Positions 21,382-28,440 of a stretch of DNA of 64,000 bases are shown here, one piece after another. Made by a program: the position numbers and the translations under genes. The stretch spans positions 10,602 through 74,601 of the forward strand of contig DBCR01000018.1 of NCBI GenBank assembly GCA_002293125.1, given 5' to 3'. How positions within the stretch are numbered: position 1 is the stretch's first letter; each line of letters begins with the position of its first letter. The notes under the pieces were generated by a model. That model was not told the origin of the DNA. It ran no database searches and saw only the letters and a program-made list of their open reading frames with translations. This DNA is from Opitutia bacterium UBA953. Its GTDB lineage: Bacteria; Verrucomicrobiota; Verrucomicrobiia; Opitutales; UBA953.

Positions 21382-21459
21382 TGGGTGCAGGGGTAGGATT
21401 TGAACCTACGACCTTCAGGTTATGAGCCTGACGAGCTAACCGGGCTGCTCCACCCTGCA
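21382..21459 (-). tRNA. tRNA-Met (CAT), initiator-like
   Basis: The reverse complement reads TGCAGGGTGGAGCAGCCCGGTTAGCTCGTCAGGCTCATAACCTGAAGGTCGTAGGTTCAAATCCTACCCCTGCACCCA. The D-arm, T-arm and variable region closely match the bacterial tRNA-fMet pattern, the anticodon loop is CTCATAA, and CCA is encoded. Confidence 0.85.
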
Positions 21460-21596
21460 ATAAGTGGGAGGCGAAGGAGAAAGCGGCTAGAGCCGAGTCG
21501 CAAGCCATTTCTTATGCGAGTTCAACCTCGGCGTTTTGGGCAAAAAGGGTTGAAGCAGGCGGGTCAGAGGGGAAGATTACCCACCCCCTTCTCGCG

Positions 21597-23576
21597 ATGA
21601 CTGAAGAAACTCCCACGCCCCATCCCGGCGAAATCCCTCCAGCTGACCAGGTCAAGGTCGACGCGGACTCCATCGTATCCAAGCGCCGGAAACTCAACTT
21701 CTGGCAACGTATCGGCGCCAGTGGCCTTTCCGTCTCCTTGGCGATCCACGTCTTATTGGTCTTCATCGCAGCCGCCTTCGTCGTCTCGACGGTCACCGAC
21801 AGCGGCAAGAAGGATCCGAATACCTTCGCCACCGGCGCCGGCGGCGGTTCCGGCGGCGAGCGCGTGAAGAGCACCGAGCGCAAGGTCAAACCGAAGAACG
21901 TCAAGTCCTTGGCCAAGACGACGACCCGTATCACTTCCAAGAGCGCCTCGGCTTCCATCGCGCTCCCCGACATGCCGAGCTCCGCCTCCGCTTCCTCGAT
22001 GATCTCGGGGGCGATGGCCGGCGGTGCGTCCAAGGGCTTTGGCGGCGGCGCCGGCGGCGGCATCGGCACCGGCAAGGGCATGGGCTCCGGTGGCGGCAAG
22101 AATTTCGTAGCCCGCCCGGTCATGGGAGCGAACATCTTCTCGCAGCGCCTGGCGGTCTACTTCGACGCCTCGGCCTCGATGCTTCCTTATCTCGACCGCG
22201 TCGAAGCGGAGATCCGCGATAAGTTCCCGGATGCGGACGTCTTCCTCAGCAACGGCGTGTTCATCGACGTGCATGATAACGAGATCGTCGGCGGCGACAA
22301 ATTCAAGGGTGCGCCGTTCCTGAATCGTCCCACCGGCGGCGGCTCGAAGAAGAACGCCAAGGGTGAGCTCGTCCCCACCGAGACGAATCCGGCTAAGCTC
22401 ACCACCCAGGGCCGCGCGATCCTCAAGAAGTACGGCAGTAATTTCAAGACGGGCTCCGTCGGTGGTTGGATCGACATCCTTAAGGATGACCGCACCTACG
22501 ATGCGCTGATCGTCTTCTCTGACTTCCAGGACGGCGTCCGCCAGATCCGCACCAAGGCCATCGGTAACGTGTCAGCCTACAAGCCCGACAAGGGCATGCG
22601 CGCCGACCCGCCCGTCGTCTTCTCCGATCGCACCAATCAGGGCGGCGGCTTTGCCCGTTCGGTCACCCTCATCGCCAGCGGCGGCGCCTCCGGCCAGCCG
22701 GTCGTGCAGTGTAAGGAAACCACGGGTCTGATCGTCGGCATGGTTGCCCTCGGCTCGGGTATCCCTCCGGGCACGACGGTCATCGAGATCAAGGATAACG
22801 TCAGTTTCACTCTCAGCAAGCCCCTCACCGCCGCCCCCTCTGGTCGCGTCGTCTGTAATAACGGCGGCGACAAGCGCTTCCCCGAAGAGAAGAAGTGGGA
22901 AGACGAGTGGGAGAAGGCCTTCGCCGGTGCCCGCGAGAACAAAGGGCCTCGCCTCTATCTCATCAGCACCTCCCGTGCTTACGGTAACAAGCCCGGGACC
23001 ATCCTTCAGCGCTGCGTCTCCGCCTCCGACGGCAGCGCGATCATGGTCAAGTTTGGTAACGCCAAGAAGGGCGCCAATACGATCGATGACCTGCATAACT
23101 ATGACGACCTTTACGTCGGAATGCCGGTGAGCGGCCGCGGGCTTCCCGACGGCGTCACGATTGTGGCGATGCCGACCACCAAGGAGATCATCGACCCCGA
23201 GGATCCCGAGAAGAAGCGCAAGAAGCGTGTCATCGACAAGCAACTCGCCATCTCCGCGCCGGTGCTCGAAGATTCCACTAACGCGGTCTTCGCCTTCACC
23301 CCGCTCATTCAGGCGGTCGGTACGCTCGCCAAGGATTCCAAAGTCATCGACGATGTCTCTGGCTCGATCGACCTCAAGACAGGCATGATCGTCGTGGACG
23401 GCCGCTTCCCCTCGGCCACCAAGGTGATCTCGGTGACCCCGAACAAGGCCGCCGCCGGATTCTTTACGGTTGAGATGTCGGCTCCCGCCAGCGCCACTGC
23501 CGCCAACGCGGTCCTACGTTTCCGTCCGGCTGCTTCGACCACGGGCAACGCCCGCGGCGCCGCTCCGACTCGCTAA
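21597..23576 (+). CDS. Membrane-anchored protein: TonB-like SxxxH N-terminal helix, Gly-rich linker, MIDAS-like (DxSxS) core domain, three C-terminal repeats (paralogue 1)
   Basis: 659 aa. The TM helix GLSVSLAIHVLLVFIAAAFVV carries S-x3-H. The core has RLAVYFDASASM, VEAEIRDKFPDADVF, GSVGGWID and YDALIVFSDFQDG blocks. It is paralogous to the next two genes. Confidence 0.75.
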   Translation: MTEETPTPHPGEIPPADQVKVDADSIVSKRRKLNFWQRIGASGLSVSLAIHVLLVFIAAAFVVSTVTDSGKKDPNTFATGAGGGSGGERVKSTERKVKPKNVKSLAKTTTRITSKSASASIALPDMPSSASASSMISGAMAGGASKGFGGGAGGGIGTGKGMGSGGGKNFVARPVMGANIFSQRLAVYFDASASMLPYLDRVEAEIRDKFPDADVFLSNGVFIDVHDNEIVGGDKFKGAPFLNRPTGGGSKKNAKGELVPTETNPAKLTTQGRAILKKYGSNFKTGSVGGWIDILKDDRTYDALIVFSDFQDGVRQIRTKAIGNVSAYKPDKGMRADPPVVFSDRTNQGGGFARSVTLIASGGASGQPVVQCKETTGLIVGMVALGSGIPPGTTVIEIKDNVSFTLSKPLTAAPSGRVVCNNGGDKRFPEEKKWEDEWEKAFAGARENKGPRLYLISTSRAYGNKPGTILQRCVSASDGSAIMVKFGNAKKGANTIDDLHNYDDLYVGMPVSGRGLPDGVTIVAMPTTKEIIDPEDPEKKRKKRVIDKQLAISAPVLEDSTNAVFAFTPLIQAVGTLAKDSKVIDDVSGSIDLKTGMIVVDGRFPSATKVISVTPNKAAAGFFTVEMSAPASATAANAVLRFRPAASTTGNARGAAPTR

Positions 23577-23598
23577 GTTTCGGTCCATGGGGCCAGAA

Positions 23599-23626
23599 GG
23601 CGAAGCCACCTGGCTTCGCCCTTTTT
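23599..23626 (+). terminator. Intrinsic terminator after paralogue 1
   Basis: GGCGAAGC-CACCTG-GCTTCGCC hairpin followed by CTTTTTG. Confidence 0.65.
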
Positions 23627-23715
23627 GTCCTTAGGGCATGGTCCCCATGCGACAAAAACAAAATATGATTCCCATGTCCCTCGCCCGCTCGCACTATTGA
23701 GGCAACCCCACGAAG

Positions 23716-24471
23716 ATGAATCCCCCGAAGGTTTTCACGGTCCTTGCGCTGGTCTTGCTCTCCGCCTTCGCCCACGCGGCCAAGACCGGCGGCAAGTCGG
23801 GGGGCGGTGACGAGCCGGCTCCGCGTATCGCGGTCTACCTGGATTGCTCCAGCTCGATGGTGCCCTACCTCGAGGCCGTCGAGGCCGAGGTGCGTAAGCA
23901 GTTTCCCGACGCCGACGTGTTCAAGGTGCCCGCCATCAAGGTCTGGGTCGATGGCGCCGTCGTCCGCGGTGGCGCGGCCACCGTGCTGCCGCATAAGCCC
24001 GCGGCCGGGCCGACGGTCAGCCTGGACACGAGCCGTCTTAGCGCGACGGGCAAGGAGATCCTGGCCCGCTATGCAGGTAATTTTGAAGTAGGTTCCGTCG
24101 GGGCCTGGGTCGATATCCTGCGCACCGAGAAGCGTTACGACGCGCTGGTGATCTTCTCCGACTTCAACGACCAGGTTTTACAGGTTCGCCTCGGCAGGCC
24201 GCCGCTGCGGACTTACGTCGACGATGCCGGCCAGCGCTCCCTTCCCGAAACGGAGATCAAGGATGACCGCACCGTCGCCGAGAAGGCTTGGGAAGACGTC
24301 TGGGTCGGTTCCTTCGATCTCGCGAATGCGGGCAAGGCGCCGGCGCTCTATCTTTTCTCCACGCGTAATCCGGCCAGTCGGATCCTGCAGAAATCGGCCG
24401 ATGTCTCGGGCGGAAAGTTCACGCTCATCGACTGGCTTCGTCCCGACGGTCCGCCTAAGCCGAGCAACTGA
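23716..24471 (+). CDS. Secreted MIDAS-like (DxSxS) domain protein (paralogue 2)
   Basis: 251 aa with a signal peptide (MNPPKVFTVLALVLLSAFAHA-AK). Core blocks are RIAVYLDCSSSM, VEAEVRKQFPDADVF, GSVGAWVD and YDALVIFSDFNDQ. Confidence 0.75.
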   Translation: MNPPKVFTVLALVLLSAFAHAAKTGGKSGGGDEPAPRIAVYLDCSSSMVPYLEAVEAEVRKQFPDADVFKVPAIKVWVDGAVVRGGAATVLPHKPAAGPTVSLDTSRLSATGKEILARYAGNFEVGSVGAWVDILRTEKRYDALVIFSDFNDQVLQVRLGRPPLRTYVDDAGQRSLPETEIKDDRTVAEKAWEDVWVGSFDLANAGKAPALYLFSTRNPASRILQKSADVSGGKFTLIDWLRPDGPPKPSN

Positions 24472-24564
24472 GGCTAGTCCCTAGGGTCATTCTGCGGTCG
24501 GGTTGCAGGGTGAACCTGAGTGCTCGCTCGCTTGATGCAGGCCATGGGTTCGTAGGCTTGGGGG

Positions 24565-25650
24565 ATGGATCAACCCAAGCCTTTCGTGGCCGGTCGGCGA
24601 CGCGCTTCGGCACGTTCATGGCGCGGCTTCCTGCTCTCCCTGGCGATGCATAGCTTGCTCGTCGTGGTCGCTTGTTGGGTGGTGTTCCACGAGCCGGTGT
24701 CCCCGACGAAGCAGGAGTTCACTGCGCATGCGGTGGCGGGGGGCAAGTCGGGTGGCCCGTCGCAGACGCACCCCATTACCCGCAAGCCTAAGGTGCTCAT
24801 GCCGCAGAAGCGGCTGACTTCGAAGTCTGCCAGCGCGACCTTGGCGCTGCCGCCCATGAAGGCGATGACTCCGGAGATGGGGTTAGCTGGACTGTCCGGT
24901 GGACAAGGGAAGGGCGGCTTCGGGCGCGGGCAGGGTGCCTTCGGCGGCAATGGCCTGGGCGCTGGTTTAGGTAACCGTGCCGGGTTTGTCGGCCGTCCGG
25001 TGATGGGCGCCTTCATCCGCGCCCAACGTGTCGCGGTCTATCTCGATTGCTCCGGTTCGATGCGCTCCTATTTGCCGCGGGTCGAAGCGGAGATCCGCAA
25101 GCAGTTTCCCGATGCTGATGTGTTTCGTTTCGATGGCGCCCGGGTCGTCGGCTTGGGGGACGTGGTGGTCTTCGGCCGCCGGTTCCACGGTAACGCCCCG
25201 CGTCTGCGCGAAGGCCCGACGCAGACCGCGCTCGAGACGCTGACGCCGAACGGCCGCTCCGTACAGGCCAAGGTCCGCGTTGCCTGCGAGAAGGGCTCGT
25301 TGGGCGCGTGGATGGATCGACTATTGGCGGAATCCTACGATGCCTTGGTGGTCTTCTCCGATTTTCAGGACGGAGTCCGTTTGTATGAGTCGAAAAAAGG
25401 TGAGCCGAAGATGGTCTATTCGGATAGTTCCTATCACAAGGTCGGCGGCGTCCAGAAAGGGCACACCCGTTGGCAGCGGGAGTGGCTGGAGGCCTTTGCC
25501 AAGGCGCCGAGCGGAGCCGGTCCGAGGCTTTACCTCTACACTGTCCAAAAGGAGCCGCAGGCTTTCCTTCAGGCCTGCGTAGCCGCGTCGGGAGGAGCCT
25601 CAACTTCGGTATCCTGGCTGAAAAATGGCGGGCGCAAGGCGTCGCCTTGA
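24565..25650 (+). CDS. Membrane-anchored protein: TonB-like SxxxH N-terminal helix, Gly-rich linker, MIDAS-like (DxSxS) core domain (paralogue 3)
   Basis: 361 aa. The TM helix FLLSLAMHSLLVVVACWVVF carries S-x3-H. Core blocks are RVAVYLDCSGSM, VEAEIRKQFPDADVF, GSLGAWMD and YDALVVFSDFQDG. Confidence 0.75.
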   Translation: MDQPKPFVAGRRRASARSWRGFLLSLAMHSLLVVVACWVVFHEPVSPTKQEFTAHAVAGGKSGGPSQTHPITRKPKVLMPQKRLTSKSASATLALPPMKAMTPEMGLAGLSGGQGKGGFGRGQGAFGGNGLGAGLGNRAGFVGRPVMGAFIRAQRVAVYLDCSGSMRSYLPRVEAEIRKQFPDADVFRFDGARVVGLGDVVVFGRRFHGNAPRLREGPTQTALETLTPNGRSVQAKVRVACEKGSLGAWMDRLLAESYDALVVFSDFQDGVRLYESKKGEPKMVYSDSSYHKVGGVQKGHTRWQREWLEAFAKAPSGAGPRLYLYTVQKEPQAFLQACVAASGGASTSVSWLKNGGRKASP

Positions 25651-25687
25651 CGGTTGCACCCTTCGGCGGGACGGCTTGGATAGGCGC

Positions 25688-26107
25688 ATGGTCCCCTTCA
25701 CGGCAGAATACCGCGCCAATTTCTCCGACACCGACGCCGCGGGCATCGTGCATTTCTCCACGATCTTCTTCTGGGTCGAGGCGACCGAAGAGGCCCTCTT
25801 CCGTCATCTCAAGCTACCGTTCCTCCGCACCGAGGGCGCCAAGCTCACCGGCTTCCCCCGCGTGCGCGTCGAGTGCGACTTCCTTTCGCCGATCTACCGT
25901 GAGGACGTCGTGATCGTCGCGCTGACACCGATCGAGATCGGCGACAAGAAACTCGTCTGGGGCTTCACCGCCGCCGTCGGCGAACGCGCCGTCGCCAAGG
26001 GTGCCCTGACCACTGTCTACGCCTGGCGCGAAGCCCAGGGTCCCATGTCGGCCGCCCTCGTGCCGCTCGACATCAAGACGGCCCTGCAGAATCATTTCGG
26101 CGCGTGA
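25688..26107 (+). CDS. Acyl-CoA thioesterase, 4HBT/YbgC-like hotdog fold
   Basis: N-terminus YRANFSDTDAAGIVHFSTIFFWVEATEEALFRHL matches the 4HBT catalytic Asp region. About 139 aa from the ATG at 25688. Confidence 0.7.
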   Translation: MVPFTAEYRANFSDTDAAGIVHFSTIFFWVEATEEALFRHLKLPFLRTEGAKLTGFPRVRVECDFLSPIYREDVVIVALTPIEIGDKKLVWGFTAAVGERAVAKGALTTVYAWREAQGPMSAALVPLDIKTALQNHFGA

Positions 26108-27501
26108 GGGAGGCGGCGACAATCAGCGAAGGTGCGGTCTCCCGGGTCGGCTTGGCCGCCGTCGTCCTCGCCGCCTTACTCTGGTCGGCGATCAGTTTCA
26201 TGCCTCCGGGGCCTTTGCATGCGGATGAGGCCGTCCAATGGTCTCTCGCCAAGGAACTCTCCGAGGGCACGCCCTATAGTTCGCATCAGGACAAGTTCCA
26301 CGGGCCGACGCTGGCCACGGTCCTACTCATCTCGGCTAAGCTGACGGGCACCGCGCCGATGGACATGGACGAGCATTACCTCCGCAGCGTCGTTTCGATC
26401 TTCCTCGGGCTTATGGCGGCCGCGGCTCTCATCCTGCCGGGTATCGGTCGGTCAGTCCGTTACGTCACCGCAGGTTTCGTCGTTCTGACGGCAGGCTGCA
26501 CGCCGTTCAGCTATTACTTCGTCCAAGAGATGCTGCTGGTCACGGGCTTCGTCTGGGGGGTCGCGTTGTGGATGCGCGCCGAAGGCTCGCCGCCTTCTTC
26601 CCGCTGGTGGCTTCTCTCCGGCGCGACTTTCGGTTTCGCTCTCGCCTGTAAGGTCACCGCGGCGGCTTACCTGTTTCTGTTCATCGTGGCCTTGCTGCTG
26701 TTGCGTCGCTTTGTGCCCGACCGGCGGTGGCTTCGTTTCGGTTTCGGTCTGGTCGCTTCCTGGGCGTTGTTCCAATCGGTCGGCTTCACGGATTTCGACG
26801 GCCTGCGGACCTGGTGGGTGCAGCTTGCCCGGGCCCTCGGCGTCGCGAGCGGTCATTCCGAGGACACCTTACTTGCCGCCAGTCTGGCACCATGGGGCTG
26901 GGCCGCCGCTTGGTTGGCGGTCTTCGCGCTGGCTCGCTCCGGTCTTTCGCTCGCCGGTTGGCGGAGCCGTCATGAAGCTGATCTCCCTTGTTTGGCCGCC
27001 TTCCTCGTCTTCCTGTTTCACCTCGCGCTACCCTATAAGACTCCGTGGCTCCTGCTGCTGGTCTTCTCGCTACCTCTGACGCTCGCGTTGCCGTATCTTC
27101 TGGTCGGACGCACCGTGCGGGCGCTGGTCCTTGCACCCGCCTTGGTGACGGTCGCACTGATGGCCCAGATGTCGCTGTCTTCCCATACGAAGACGTCGGT
27201 CGCAGTCCCAGACTTTCATCATAAAGTCGCGAAGCTGGCCAAGGCTTACGGTGATAAGTTCTATATCGCGGTGGAAGGCGGGCATTACTGGCCGCTCCCT
27301 TATTATCTCCGGGCGCACCGGGTCGGCTACGGCGACTTCCCGCAGTCGGCCAAGGCGCCACTCCGGCTGATCCCGGCGACCGATGCGAGCGAACCGGTCG
27401 TCCCAGGGTATACTGTCTCGAGCCTGACCCTGCGCGAGGGCGGTGATCGCTATTGGGTGCTGGTTGCCAAAGGCTACGAAAGCGTTTTCATCGGTAAGTA
27501 A
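26104..27501 (+). CDS. Polytopic membrane protein, GT-C (ArnT/PMT-like) glycosyltransferase-like
   Basis: 465 aa with at least 9 hydrophobic helices. An early loop reads PLHADEAVQWSLA, resembling the acidic first-loop motif of GT-C enzymes. The GTG start overlaps the upstream stop (GTGA). Confidence 0.5.
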   Translation: MREAATISEGAVSRVGLAAVVLAALLWSAISFMPPGPLHADEAVQWSLAKELSEGTPYSSHQDKFHGPTLATVLLISAKLTGTAPMDMDEHYLRSVVSIFLGLMAAAALILPGIGRSVRYVTAGFVVLTAGCTPFSYYFVQEMLLVTGFVWGVALWMRAEGSPPSSRWWLLSGATFGFALACKVTAAAYLFLFIVALLLLRRFVPDRRWLRFGFGLVASWALFQSVGFTDFDGLRTWWVQLARALGVASGHSEDTLLAASLAPWGWAAAWLAVFALARSGLSLAGWRSRHEADLPCLAAFLVFLFHLALPYKTPWLLLLVFSLPLTLALPYLLVGRTVRALVLAPALVTVALMAQMSLSSHTKTSVAVPDFHHKVAKLAKAYGDKFYIAVEGGHYWPLPYYLRAHRVGYGDFPQSAKAPLRLIPATDASEPVVPGYTVSSLTLREGGDRYWVLVAKGYESVFIGK

Positions 27502-27504
27502 GCC

Positions 27505-28440
27505 ATGGAAGACACCCCTATCATCCACAACTTCTCGCACGAGGCCTTCGGCTCCCGTTTCTGGGTGCGCATCGCCTCCGAAGACGGCGTCTATGCGCGC
27601 AATGCCGCCGAGGCGCTTTTCCAGCTGCTCGACGACCTCGATTTCCAGACCGACCGTCGCCACGACAGCGGACCGGTCGCTTCGATCAACCAGATGCCTG
27701 AAGGGGCGATGGTCGCCACTTCCGAACACGTGCAGGCTCTCTGGAATTTCTCGAAGGACGTGAGCGCCGACACCAACAAGGCGTTCGACGCCACCGCCGG
27801 GGCTTTGTTCGACTATTGGAAGAACCGCGGCGACATGCCTTTAAATCCTGACGATCAAGCTTGGACGCAGATCATGTCGGCCTACCGTGAAGGCGAATTC
27901 CGCCTTGATGGTTGCGAACTCCACTGCGTCAAGTTCGGCATCGCCGTCGACTTTGGCGCCATCGTCCGCGGCTACGCACTGGATCGCATGGCCGACATGC
28001 TCGAGAGCAGCTGGGGCATCCACCGCGCCTTGCTCATGGCCTCCGGCAGCGTGACCCTTGCGCTCGATCCGCCCGGCGAATCGGCCGGCTGGCGCATCGG
28101 CGTCGGCGCCCAGTCCGAGATCAAGCTCTGCCGATTCGCCATGGCCAGTAAGACGGCCGACACGACGCACGGTAATCTTGTCGACCCTCGCACGGGTCAG
28201 GTGATTTCCTTGCCCGGTCCGGTGCGTGCCATCGCGACATCTGCCCTCGAGGCAGAGGGATTGGCGATGGCCGGCGCTGTCCTCAATGCCTCCGAGGCCG
28301 AAGAATTCGTCAATCGCGGTTGCAGTCGCGGGCTCTGGCTGCCGGACGGCACCAAGCTGGGTTCGGTGACGTATTTCGAGGTGACCGATCGTTCGGTGCC
28401 CGAAGCTACGACGACTTCCTCCGAAGAGTCGGCTACCTGA
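27505..28440 (+). CDS. FAD:protein FMN transferase (ApbE family)
   Basis: FDATAGALFDYW and DFGAIVRGYALDRMADML match ApbE family blocks. 311 aa. Confidence 0.65.
   Translation: MEDTPIIHNFSHEAFGSRFWVRIASEDGVYARNAAEALFQLLDDLDFQTDRRHDSGPVASINQMPEGAMVATSEHVQALWNFSKDVSADTNKAFDATAGALFDYWKNRGDMPLNPDDQAWTQIMSAYREGEFRLDGCELHCVKFGIAVDFGAIVRGYALDRMADMLESSWGIHRALLMASGSVTLALDPPGESAGWRIGVGAQSEIKLCRFAMASKTADTTHGNLVDPRTGQVISLPGPVRAIATSALEAEGLAMAGAVLNASEAEEFVNRGCSRGLWLPDGTKLGSVTYFEVTDRSVPEATTTSSEESAT

Noticed and set aside
21239-21508. 89-aa minus-strand ORF.
   Set aside because: It is read straight through the tRNA-Met gene and its AT-rich trailer, so the tRNA explains the region.
21114-21596. Integrated mobile element or prophage boundary at the tRNA-Met.
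   Set aside because: The window contains no integrase, no direct repeat of the tRNA 3' end and no phage or IS genes. Only the short AT-rich trailer is odd, and it is reported separately at low interest.
21512-22135. 207-aa Pro-rich minus-strand ORF (PPPEPMPLPVPMPPPAPPPKP).
   Set aside because: It is the antisense reading of the Gly-rich linker of paralogue 1. The plus-strand frame is supported by paralogy with two neighbouring genes.
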